Positions 9,601-17,840 of a stretch of 20,569 bases of DNA are shown here, piece by piece. The stretch comes from Myxococcota bacterium. GTDB taxonomy: Bacteria; Myxococcota; XYA12-FULL-58-9; JABJBS01. Within the stretch, counting starts at the first letter, position 1, and each line of letters starts with the position of its first letter. The notes under the pieces are model-generated. The model had not been told where the DNA came from, ran no database searches, and saw nothing but the letters and a program-made list of their open reading frames with translations. Where the stretch lies: contig JAYZAY010000082.1 in the NCBI GenBank assembly GCA_036339465.1, positions 1 to 20,569 of the forward strand. Direction: 5' to 3'. The position numbers and the translations under genes were made by a program.

Positions 9601-12245
9601 CCGCGGCGGCCAATACCTGCAGCATCACCGTGGGCGCTGCAGCCTCAGACATCATCTTCACTCCATTGTCCATTCTGGATTTGGCCTCAGACGGTGAAGC
9701 AAGACTCCATGTCGCCCATAAATGCATGCACAACAATACAGAACAGCACGGCGTTCTCACTCTGAAACAAGATTCCGAAAACGTTTGGAAAGTGGAACGC
9801 ATCGACCGACCCATCCAGGTGACCGACCCCTCGGCATCCCTAGGCGCCCCCAATCCCGAAATCCAACCGCTTCAGCTCGCAGGTAAGAAATCGGGTTGGG
9901 GCACCATTGCTTCGGGACAACTCATTGTTGAAGGTGGCACCACAGCCCCGCCCCACGTCGTGATGGGCACATCACAAAACGAGGATTGTGTGGTCACCGG
10001 TCGTGGGTCCAAGAAACGAAACCTCCAGTACACCGGCCTAGCCACAGACAATTCCGGAAACATTTTCTTTACCTCCACCCTCGACCTCGGTTCAGAAACC
10101 AAGCATGGATTAACAGTCATACGTCACAGCGACGGCATGGAGAGGACCATCGCGCTCGGTGATTCCGTGCCAAAACCCAATGCCTTGGCCTTTGATAGCC
10201 AAGGTGACCTGTTTATCCACGACCAAGAAAACCACAAAATAGTCAAAATTCCCCTTAGCACTGCCCCACATGGATGGGAAACCAACTGCGACGCCAACCT
10301 TCCATCCCTAGAACTTATACTCGAAGAAACTCCTGAGGATGATGGCAGCGAACACGGTCCCAAAATGGCATTCGACAGCCAGGATCGGCTCTATTTCCAA
10401 ACCAGTACCTCGCTCTCCTACTTGGCTGCAGATCCCCAACAGGGCGTACCCCTCTCTTTGATATCCCTACTGACGGGACACTTTTCGGGATTCGAAATCG
10501 CCACCGACACCGAGATTTATGTCGCCGACGACACCAATTCGGTGGTCCGAAAACTCACCCTTGACCATGGCGGTAACCTCGTCAACGACACCATTGTCGC
10601 CGGTAGTACCGGGCAAAACTGCGACCTTAACAGCCAAGGGGAAACCGCTAGCTGCGGGGACGGCGCTAGCGGCACAAGCGCCACCTTTCCCGCCGACAGT
10701 CCACGTGACGTCCTATGGATGGACAACAAACTCTACGTCGGTAGTGCGGCAATTGTGTCGAGTATGTCGGGCTCCTCCGATAAGTCCTGGGTGGGCAATC
10801 TTCGGCTCCTAAGCCCCGATGGTAACGGGAGCTTTGACGTTTCCACCCCCGCATCCCCATCTTGGGTGGGTTATGGATCGCAGACCAAACCCAATGGGGA
10901 TGGTTACACTCCAGACCAACTAGACTCCCGCCCCACCCGATTCGTGAAAATCCCCCCTTCCTCACCCTCCCCATACGCCATGCTCTGGCTGGAAAGCAGT
11001 GTGAGCCGTGGTCACTCGATCCGAGCCCTTGAGCGCGTGAGCGGTACTGTCCAAACCCTCAACGGCATGCACTTAGGCCCGAGCAATGATGGCCCGAGCC
11101 CGCAGGGTAAACTCAATACCCCCGTGGGCATGACCCTCATCCAATCCCCCCAAAGCGGTGAAGCCATTTGGTGGGTGACCGACCATTCCCAAAACCGTGT
11201 GCGCTCCTTTAAGTGGAATGTGAGTAAAAACACCAGCATCATCAATACGGAGGTAGGGTTCCAAAAAGAGTCCTCCTCCTTTGCCACCAGCGATGACCCC
11301 CACTACTCGGTCCCGACCATCCTCTATGGAGACTCAAGCAGCACCAATCCGCCACAGGCGTTACCAGCTCGACTCCTCGGCAATCCCTACGGGATCTTCT
11401 ACGCCTCAAACCGACACGAGATCTACATCACCGAGACCGACCGAAACCTAAGCCTAAGTCCTACAGACCCTAGCTGGTACTCTCCCACCATGACCTTTGG
11501 TCCCCTCATTAGCTGTATCGACACCAGCGGTTCCCAATGGACCCTTCACCCCTTCGCGGGCAAAGGAGAGTTGGTAAACACCTACACCAACGGCACCGCG
11601 CAAGAGGTGCAATTCAGCGACCCCACCGGTATCTTGGTGCACAACAACCACCTTTACGTCACCGACCGAAGCAACCACATCATTCGGCGAATCGCTCTCC
11701 ATGCCACCAAGACCTGTGCCCCTGAAATCGATGCGCAATTTGAAACCATCGCGGGCATACCCGCTCAACCGGCCTTCGCACAAGACAACGGTGCCCAGGC
11801 CACCGAGTCCAATCTAAATCACCCCGACTCCATAGTGATCAGCCCCATAGATGGAAGCATTTTCGTCGCTGACACGGGCAATCACCGCGTTCGCCGGATC
11901 AGCGATGACGGCACCATTGTTACGATTTTAGGATTGGGCATCGAGAGCAACACCGGCGACGGAACCCCCGCCACCGATTTCCCCGTCAACACGCCACGAG
12001 GAATGGCGATGGACACCCACGGCAATCTCTACGTCGCCGCCAAGGATACCATCCGCCAGGTCATCGCCCACAATGACGGCACCATCGATGGCACCAATTC
12101 CGTGCACACCATCCACGGCAAGTACCCATTGACCTTTCCCGAAACCAGCACCCGATGCCTCACTGCGGTGGCCATGGAGTCTCCGAGCTCGCTCCAAGCA
12201 GTGGATAGCTGCAACGGCTTCTGGATCTCCATCGACCGACAGTAA
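6624..12245 (+). CDS. Giant lipoprotein with myxobacterial Cys-rich (DUF4215-like) repeats and NHL beta-propeller repeats
   Basis: Lipobox LGLSA-C26. Thirteen CGDG-type repeats (ExCDDGN/ETCEVG). NHL repeats include FSDPTGILVHNNHLYVTDRSNHIIRRI and LNHPDSIVISPIDGSIFVADTGNHRVRRI. AAGGA RBS upstream. Confidence 0.88.
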   Translation: MRQARLCSQPILIGITLALGLGLSACEAPSHFVLKVAIPEAPAEASPDDPMTRWLTKIQETNLIRISLHTPGNAPARGGQTIEKIPATGSVFFQKPASSTSFTILPGTQCQKACDFRIEALLDDQILAETFIFLDFEDQNERISSVGSANATLLPHCATIGTIAGKTDEEVSLLEPICLRSDRSQNQVGYNTGTCRISGGEAGLECLPSCGDGMVETSENPATQKPYEECDPGAGGETRFCDADCSAVVCGDGYVNRQNEDCDPGESGESIDCDSDCSIRQCGDGVVNASAGEQCDPGPDESGNPQHTAHCDDDCSLVVCGDGIFNPLAESCDDGNEDKTDSCIGCKPARCGDGHVWKQQEVCDLGKSENGQIQFDSSCDIDCTTPICGDGLINSEAGEQCEIGISGSTALDCYGCRIDQCGNEIINPASEQCEIGEAIPGSQEIATQASCFQCKLSTCGDGEINPHAGETCEVGINGATSAQCLNCTPSTCGDGRINADANETCEVGVGNATTANCLDCTPSTCGDARINPVNEACEIGIGNDNAATCLNCSASTCGDGRINPDGGETCEVGVGNATTANCLDCTPSTCGDKRINAAAGEVCDDGNKSNNDDCRNDCLANICSDGFHNQSELSTEECDDGNNNANDFCHQCRNVTWSTLLRSGTLGPGLGITDASTGMDSISTSDEEVSSLGYDTEDNLYVASKSITGIAKQLGAMDPGTGHLVRVTGKNAENYLCRNWSGQPTEASTMQLCGPTDFVFDSYGNLFFFELQTDKQYILKLGSGGMVQRLATPYDKDCRNKYTADNSAFNQPVNHQAISNMDIGKNLTSDPNGTLYYLGGDELLCYDEGDNVEDGYQNPNDHGSDTDDRAELVATTQGRRIWRLATSPLEQPISVNDVTNKLDFRYGIPNNSLEANLRVSLAHQCYSDTQSPAPYTQAVGGLTTDTNGYLYWFTENQIYRSKVEMVVKSATGQNPSNYFCIDPKRLTSANSSAAAANTCSITVGAAASDIIFTPLSILDLASDGEARLHVAHKCMHNNTEQHGVLTLKQDSENVWKVERIDRPIQVTDPSASLGAPNPEIQPLQLAGKKSGWGTIASGQLIVEGGTTAPPHVVMGTSQNEDCVVTGRGSKKRNLQYTGLATDNSGNIFFTSTLDLGSETKHGLTVIRHSDGMERTIALGDSVPKPNALAFDSQGDLFIHDQENHKIVKIPLSTAPHGWETNCDANLPSLELILEETPEDDGSEHGPKMAFDSQDRLYFQTSTSLSYLAADPQQGVPLSLISLLTGHFSGFEIATDTEIYVADDTNSVVRKLTLDHGGNLVNDTIVAGSTGQNCDLNSQGETASCGDGASGTSATFPADSPRDVLWMDNKLYVGSAAIVSSMSGSSDKSWVGNLRLLSPDGNGSFDVSTPASPSWVGYGSQTKPNGDGYTPDQLDSRPTRFVKIPPSSPSPYAMLWLESSVSRGHSIRALERVSGTVQTLNGMHLGPSNDGPSPQGKLNTPVGMTLIQSPQSGEAIWWVTDHSQNRVRSFKWNVSKNTSIINTEVGFQKESSSFATSDDPHYSVPTILYGDSSSTNPPQALPARLLGNPYGIFYASNRHEIYITETDRNLSLSPTDPSWYSPTMTFGPLISCIDTSGSQWTLHPFAGKGELVNTYTNGTAQEVQFSDPTGILVHNNHLYVTDRSNHIIRRIALHATKTCAPEIDAQFETIAGIPAQPAFAQDNGAQATESNLNHPDSIVISPIDGSIFVADTGNHRVRRISDDGTIVTILGLGIESNTGDGTPATDFPVNTPRGMAMDTHGNLYVAAKDTIRQVIAHNDGTIDGTNSVHTIHGKYPLTFPETSTRCLTAVAMESPSSLQAVDSCNGFWISIDRQ
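7251..8579 (+). repeat. Intragenic array of 13 Cys-rich repeats, with a 66-bp exact duplication at 8129-8194 / 8324-8389
   Basis: Repeat starts: CGDGMV, CGDGYV, CGDGVV, CGDGIF, CGDGHV, CGDGLI, CGNEII, CGDGEI, CGDGRI, CGDARI, CGDGRI, CGDKRI, CSDGFH. The identical DNA copies are 195 nt apart. Confidence 0.9.
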
Positions 12246-12402
12246 GCCCACACAGACGCAAGCCTAGAAAAGAGCACCTCCAATTTAAATCCGAGGCAAC
12301 ATGGATAATCCACGCCCGTTCCCTTGCAAATAATTCGAATAAACTCAACGCCTTGAAAACGAGGGGATGATGCCAAACAGATACCAGGTTACCATTGATT
12401 TC

Positions 12403-12431
12403 TTGAAATGCCCTCCGTTTTAACTTAGCTT
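12403..12431 (+). promoter_or_regulatory. Candidate sigma-70 promoter of the ABM gene
   Basis: TTGAAA-N17-TAGCTT. Confidence 0.35.
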
Positions 12432-12500
12432 CCCACGTGGTTGTCGGTCCCTGTATGGAGGCCGTTTCTATTTTTGAAACAAGTCAAAGAGGAGTTAGAT

Positions 12501-12812
12501 ATGTCGTGTGCAGTCGTGGCTGAATTTGTTTTTCAAGAGGGGAAAATTGCTGAAGGATTGGCGCTCTTGGAATCTCCGGCCGGTCTAGAGGCCACAAGGG
12601 ACTACAAAGGATGCAATCAAGTGGATTTGGCATTGGATACTGAAAACCCCAACAAGGTCGTTCTCACTGAATTTTGGGATTCCAAAGACGACCATCTTGC
12701 CTATTTCCAATGGAGACAAGAAGGCGATGAGAGCGGAGCGCTAGAAAAGCTTGGAGCAATTATGGCTGCCGAACCCAAATTTACGTGGGCTAATATCAAA
12801 AAGACCTACTAG
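12501..12812 (+). CDS. Antibiotic biosynthesis monooxygenase (ABM/YgiN-like) family protein
   Basis: About 103 aa with ATRDYKGC...ENPNKVVLTEFWDSKDDHLAYFQWR, a typical ABM pattern. Strong AGGAG RBS before ATG 12501. Confidence 0.85.
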   Translation: MSCAVVAEFVFQEGKIAEGLALLESPAGLEATRDYKGCNQVDLALDTENPNKVVLTEFWDSKDDHLAYFQWRQEGDESGALEKLGAIMAAEPKFTWANIKKTY

Positions 12813-13133
12813 TCAAAATCAAAGAGATTTTTGAGCCGCACTTAAGAAATACCTCCCGCAGGGATGGTGGTGCATGTTCTGCACGAGACGTCGTTGTTTT
12901 TTGCGCCTCCTTAGGCTCTTTGTGCCTAGAAAATTCAAACCCCAATTTAGCTTCGACGCAACCTTTGGCGAGTTTCCCTCCCAATTTTGCCTCCTTTGGA
13001 TTTTGCTGCTTTCGAAAACCACAAGTTTTGGTAGCCGTGTATTGGGCCCAAGGCTTGGGTGCAGAAACAAAGGCCGGTTAGATCTAAACCCATTTAGCGG
13101 GCATCTTTTCCCTGCCCTTCAGTACAAATCCAC

Positions 13134-13160
13134 GCAACGCGACAATTTTGGCGCCGATAA
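13134..13160 (+). promoter_or_regulatory. Sigma-28-like promoter motif GCAAC-N14-GCCGATAA
   Basis: Perfect FliA-type -10 (GCCGATAA, 13153-13160), with GCAAC at the same spacing as upstream of the F-box gene. Confidence 0.6.
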
Positions 13161-13226
13161 AGGAGAGCCCAACGAAAAAAAGACCATGACCCCTTGAGTC
13201 TGGGGTCTGGCGAGAGGAAATAGATT

Positions 13227-14804
13227 ATGCCAGCCATACCAAACCCAACCCGCCCTACACTTCAGCCCACCCGCCCATCCGAGCCCAACGCGCCGGCAAC
13301 GCCTCAAACACGCACCACGTCTAACACCAACTCGGGTGATTGGTTTGAGAATGCCATGTTTGGTGCCCTTGACAACCTCCTGTGGGGATTAAATGCAACA
13401 GGCCTGGCACAGCCTGTGGCTAACCTCACCCTCAAAGTGGCCGCAAGTGGTAACAAGCCAAACTGGTATGCCGGGACCTCTGAGCATGCAGCGATGATCT
13501 TAGCTGCAGAATACGACGAACGAGACACCCGAAAGAGCTTTGCTGAACGTAGCCGTGAATACCTCTCTGAAGCCAGGGTTAGAACATTGACTGGAATGCC
13601 ACTCCGCGGCGGAACCGCTTTTGAGAATGAAGGATTTATCAAAGATCTCGAAAAAGCAGGCAACGCAAAATTCACAGCGGGCAACACGGTTGAGTTTCTC
13701 ATCGATGGTCCCCAGTCTTTTGCAAAGCGCAATGAGCTCATTGATAACGCAACCGATAGTATTCATCTTCTGACGTGGAGCATCTACGACGATGCGACCG
13801 GAGAGGACCTCTGTAAGCGGCTGGTGAAAAAATCCAAAGAAGGTGTGGATGTAAAAGTCATCATCGATCGCAATATTGCCCGCCAGCGTAACAACAAAAA
13901 GACCTCCGACTATTTGATAGCCAATGGTATTAAAGTCATTTTCTGGGAAGACCCAGACAACATTCAATACGGCAACCACTGCAAGGTGATGATCGTCGAT
14001 GGCACCAAAGCTGTTGCCGGCGGCATGAACCCAGGCAACTACTACAGCCACGCCACCAATCTAGACCCTACCTACGATGGGCCTAAATGGCGCGACACGG
14101 ATATATTCGTGAGCGGTGTAGGTGGTGTCGACCAAGAAGCTCTGTTTGTGAGCTACTGGAATAGCCAGATTGAGAAACACAACCTTCCGTTTGCGCCTAT
14201 GGAAATGGATCGTGATGCACTTATAGCCAAAGCCGATACCTCAGGCACCAGCCGGGTCGCTGTGGTTGAGCATAAGCCAGACGACGAAACCTTTGATGTT
14301 CTGAGCACGATGTTGAAAGCATTATCGGGCGCGACCACAAGCGTTGATATCGAGAACGCCTACTTTCTCACTCTGCCCGGTATGGACCAGCTCCTCTATG
14401 CTGCCCTCGCACGCGGGGTGAAGGTTCGTATCTTCACCAACTCCGACAAAAGTGTGGATGAGCCGCTGGTGAGTGAGCCCATCATGAAAGCGCTTCCAGA
14501 CTTAATGAAAGCAGGCGCCGAGATTTACATCAAGAAGGGTGACACCCTTCACAGCAAGTTCATGGTTGTCGATGACGCGTTCGTCTCATTGGGCAGTCTC
14601 AACCTCCATCCTCGCTCACTCTACTACGATACAGAAATGGCCGTGAACGTCATTGACAAAAACGCCGCCAAAGCGCTTCGTGAACAGTTTGACCGTGATA
14701 TCGAAGAGGAGGAGGCACTTGCAATCAAGACCGCCAAAGACCTCGAGATAGACTCACAGTGGTACAACCGATTTATCGCTAAGTACTTTTCCCGTCACCT
14801 TTGA
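13227..14804 (+). CDS. Phospholipase D superfamily protein (cardiolipin-synthase-like, two HKD motifs)
   Basis: HCKVMIVDGTKAVAGGMN and HSKFMVVDDAFVSLGSLN, plus WRDTD and IENAYF. No N-terminal TM helices; Pro/Thr-rich N-terminus. GAGAGG RBS. Confidence 0.92.
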   Translation: MPAIPNPTRPTLQPTRPSEPNAPATPQTRTTSNTNSGDWFENAMFGALDNLLWGLNATGLAQPVANLTLKVAASGNKPNWYAGTSEHAAMILAAEYDERDTRKSFAERSREYLSEARVRTLTGMPLRGGTAFENEGFIKDLEKAGNAKFTAGNTVEFLIDGPQSFAKRNELIDNATDSIHLLTWSIYDDATGEDLCKRLVKKSKEGVDVKVIIDRNIARQRNNKKTSDYLIANGIKVIFWEDPDNIQYGNHCKVMIVDGTKAVAGGMNPGNYYSHATNLDPTYDGPKWRDTDIFVSGVGGVDQEALFVSYWNSQIEKHNLPFAPMEMDRDALIAKADTSGTSRVAVVEHKPDDETFDVLSTMLKALSGATTSVDIENAYFLTLPGMDQLLYAALARGVKVRIFTNSDKSVDEPLVSEPIMKALPDLMKAGAEIYIKKGDTLHSKFMVVDDAFVSLGSLNLHPRSLYYDTEMAVNVIDKNAAKALREQFDRDIEEEEALAIKTAKDLEIDSQWYNRFIAKYFSRHL

Positions 14805-14973
14805 TTGGAGTTGGTGAAGATGGGTCTGATTGGGATTGCTGGGGTTTGTTTAGAACTGAGAATAATCGTCGTCGAAAGAGTGACCACGCGCCGGTTTCCC
14901 CAAATAAACTGCGAACTTATCTGACGTCTACGGGCTCTGGCACCTTCTTCTAGAATCAGGTAATGTCCTCGCC

Positions 14974-16002
14974 ATGAAGCTAACTTTAACCAGACCCGAC
15001 GATTGGCACCTTCATTTTCGAGATGGTGACGCACTTGCCCTTACCGTCTCACATTCGGCAGCCACCATGGGGCGTGCGGTCGCCATGCCCAACCTTAATC
15101 CTCCGGTAACAACCACAGCGGAGGCTTGGGCATATCATCAGCGGATCCTTGCGCATCGACCCGACAAAAGCAGCTTCCAGCCTCTAATGACTCTCTATCT
15201 GACAGACAATACCAGTTGTGACGAGATTCACCGCGCCGCCGACTCCGGGGTGATACATGGGGTAAAGGTTTATCCGGCAGGGGCCACCACCAACTCGGAT
15301 TCAGGAGTCACCAACATCCATTCGCTTTACCCGGTGTTTCAAACCATGGCTGAGCGTGGTTTGAAATTACTGATACATGGTGAGGTGACGGGGACAAAGA
15401 TTGATATTTTCGACCGTGAGGCGGCCTTTCTGGGCACCTACCTCGACGATATCGTTAAAACCTTCCCTTCTTTGAAAGTTGTGCTCGAGCATATCACCAC
15501 CAGCGAAGCAGCGCACTATGTGAAGGATGGCCCCGATAATCTCGCAGCAACCATCACCCCACAGCATTTGCTTTTCAATCGCAACCACATGCTCGCTGGA
15601 GGAATCCGCCCACATTACTATTGCTTGCCGATTCTCAAAAGGAGCGAAGATCAGCAAGCACTGCTTCAAGTTGCGACAAGTGGTCATCCCCGATTCTTTC
15701 TGGGCACAGACAGCGCTCCACACTCCGCTGCCACCAAAGAGCAGAGCTGCGGTTGTGCCGGTTGTTACACCGCGTTCGCGGCCATTGTGATGTATGCCAT
15801 GGCCTTCGAAGCAGTAGGTGCGCTGAACAAACTCGAAGCATTTGCAAGTTTTTATGGCCCCGACTTTTACGGACTTCCCCGCAATACCGACACCATCACT
15901 TTGGAGAAAAGAGATTGGCGTGTTCCGAACCATTATATGTTGGGTAAACACCCCTTAAGACCTTTGATGGCAGAGGAGATTCTCCCCTGGCGAGTTGTAT
16001 AG
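14974..16002 (+). CDS. pyrC: Dihydroorotase (homodimeric, E. coli type II)
   Basis: [59 protein letters not shown]; 342 aa. Confidence 0.97.
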   Translation: MKLTLTRPDDWHLHFRDGDALALTVSHSAATMGRAVAMPNLNPPVTTTAEAWAYHQRILAHRPDKSSFQPLMTLYLTDNTSCDEIHRAADSGVIHGVKVYPAGATTNSDSGVTNIHSLYPVFQTMAERGLKLLIHGEVTGTKIDIFDREAAFLGTYLDDIVKTFPSLKVVLEHITTSEAAHYVKDGPDNLAATITPQHLLFNRNHMLAGGIRPHYYCLPILKRSEDQQALLQVATSGHPRFFLGTDSAPHSAATKEQSCGCAGCYTAFAAIVMYAMAFEAVGALNKLEAFASFYGPDFYGLPRNTDTITLEKRDWRVPNHYMLGKHPLRPLMAEEILPWRVV

Positions 16003-16254
16003 ACCGCATCAAACACCTACTTTTGACCATATAAACCCAAGCGACTCAATGTTTGGAGTCTAGTCTAAGAGGGAAAGCGTCACACGAATCGGTGAGGCGG
16101 CCAAGCTCCGAGCGGAAGGTTTCTAGCTGGGATTGAAGGATGCACGTTAGCAGTGCCCGCAAACAGACCAAAGAAATTGACATGTACCCTATGTTGGTTA
16201 TGAAAAAAGACGAAGATTTTAAAATATTCGATGGGCGAGTGGGTACCTAACTTG

Positions 16255-16269
16255 GGTCAAGCTATGACC
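16255..16269. promoter_or_regulatory. Short inverted repeat GGTCA-N5-TGACC upstream of abfD/hcd
   Basis: GGTCA AGCTA TGACC, about 45 nt before ATG 16314. It could be an operator or a small hairpin. Confidence 0.25.
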
Positions 16270-16313
16270 AAATAATCTTTAGAATATTTACAGCAAAAGA
16301 CGGAAGTAAACAT

Positions 16314-17840
16314 ATGCAAAAGACAGTCAGACCTATTAGAACCGGCGAAGAGTATATTGAAAGTTTGAAGGGTCGTAGTCTCAAAGTTTACTTGTTTGGC
16401 GAACTTGTCGAGGAACCCGTTGACCATCCAATGATTCGCCCTTCCATCAACGCGGTTGCAAAAACCTATGACCTTGCTCTTGAAGAAGAAGAGCTTGCAT
16501 CCACCAAATCATCTATTACAAGAAAACGAGTAAACCGTTTCTTACATATCGCAGAAAGTGCGCAGGATGTCGTTTTACAAAACAAGATGCAACGAAAGCT
16601 AGGTCAACTTACTGGTACTTGCTTCCAAAGATGTGTCGGTATGGATGCACTAAACTCACTTCACTCCACAACATTTGAGATAGATGAAAAACACCAGACA
16701 CAATACCACAAAAAGTTGTTAGAATTTATCAAGATGGTTCAATATGAAAACCTGGTAATTGGTGGAGCCATGACCGATGTCAAGGGAGACAGAAGCAAGG
16801 GACCAGCTGAACAAGAAGATCCTGATCTCTTTGTTCACATCGTAGACAGAGATGACAAGGGCGTTTACATTTCTGGTGCAAAGGCTCACCAGACTGGCTG
16901 TATTAACTCTCATTGGATGATTGTCATGCCGGGCACAAGATTGACCGAAGCCGATAAAGACTATGCTGCTGTTGGCGCCATTCCAGTAGACGCACCGGGA
17001 ATAACTTACCTCTATGGAAGACAGTCTTGTGATACAAGAAGTATGGAACCTGGTGTTATTGACCAAGGAAACTCTCAATTCTCGGGTCAAGAAGCAATGG
17101 TAATCTTTGACAGAGCTTTCATTCCAAACCAATTGATCTTCATGGATGGTGAGTACGAATTTGCATCGATGTTAATTGACCGATTTACGTGTTATCACAG
17201 ACGAAGCTATGTCTGTAAGACTGGTGTAGGTGACGTTCTTATTGGTGCTGCGGCTTCTATAGCAGACTATAACGGTGTGCCTAATGCTTCTCACATCAAG
17301 GATAAACTGGTTGAAATGACTCATCTCAACGAGTCCATCTATGGCACTGGTATTGCGTCCTCGTATCAATCTCAAAAAATGAAATCTGGAGTTTGGCAAA
17401 GCGACGAGATGTTAGCAAATGTGTGCAAACACAACGTTACACGCTTCCCTTATCAAATAGGAAGACTTGCGCAGGACATTGCTGGTGGACTCATGGTTAC
17501 ATTGCCATCTGATGCTGAATTTAGAAACCCAAAAACCGGACCGCTACTCAAAAAATACCTGAAGGGAAGAAAGGGTATTGACGTTGAAAGCAAGATGAGA
17601 ATTTTACGTTTGATTGAAAACATGACCATGGGCAGGAACGCTGTCGGTTATCTTACGGAATCAATGCATGGAGCTGGATCGCCACAAGCCCAAAGAATTC
17701 AAATTGCACGCCAAATGCAATTAGGTTACAAGAAAAACCTTGCAAAATCTCTCGCGAAAGTCACAGAACAAGACGAACAAGCCCCAGAAAACGAGGATTA
17801 CTTCAAACGCGTCTTCAAATTAACCAATTCGAAGGAGTAG
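16314..17840 (+). CDS. abfD: 4-hydroxybutyryl-CoA dehydratase / vinylacetyl-CoA isomerase (FAD, [4Fe-4S]); thaumarchaeal-like
   Basis: [4Fe-4S] ligand motifs GTCFQRC and YHRRSYVCK, plus GAMTDVKGDRS, GAKAHQTG and ESMHGAGSPQAQR. These Cys/His ligands distinguish it from HpaB. Confidence 0.93.
   Translation: MQKTVRPIRTGEEYIESLKGRSLKVYLFGELVEEPVDHPMIRPSINAVAKTYDLALEEEELASTKSSITRKRVNRFLHIAESAQDVVLQNKMQRKLGQLTGTCFQRCVGMDALNSLHSTTFEIDEKHQTQYHKKLLEFIKMVQYENLVIGGAMTDVKGDRSKGPAEQEDPDLFVHIVDRDDKGVYISGAKAHQTGCINSHWMIVMPGTRLTEADKDYAAVGAIPVDAPGITYLYGRQSCDTRSMEPGVIDQGNSQFSGQEAMVIFDRAFIPNQLIFMDGEYEFASMLIDRFTCYHRRSYVCKTGVGDVLIGAAASIADYNGVPNASHIKDKLVEMTHLNESIYGTGIASSYQSQKMKSGVWQSDEMLANVCKHNVTRFPYQIGRLAQDIAGGLMVTLPSDAEFRNPKTGPLLKKYLKGRKGIDVESKMRILRLIENMTMGRNAVGYLTESMHGAGSPQAQRIQIARQMQLGYKKNLAKSLAKVTEQDEQAPENEDYFKRVFKLTNSKE

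Noticed and set aside
6624..12245. TraA kin-recognition receptor or YD/RHS toxin
   Set aside because: No PA14-like N-terminal domain, MYXO-CTERM, adjacent OmpA-type traB or YD repeats were recognised.
12874..13197. 107-aa ORF between the ABM and PLD genes
   Set aside because: Unnatural composition, no RBS, and it overlaps the PLD promoter motif.
16066..16135. Cobalamin riboswitch-like start (TAAGAGGGAA) with small hairpins
   Set aside because: The following GGTG-N-AATCC and GCNACTG elements are not in the expected arrangement.
879..17399. Numerous minus-strand and alternate-frame ORFs (e.g. 879-1535, 5837-6487, 6497-7153, 7144-7800, 7880-8509, 15367-15951)
   Set aside because: They are shadows of well-supported + strand genes and have no independent motifs.
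16314..17840. 4-hydroxyphenylacetate 3-monooxygenase (HpaB) call
   Set aside because: The CxxxC and HxxxxxC iron-sulfur ligands indicate the dehydratase branch of the family.
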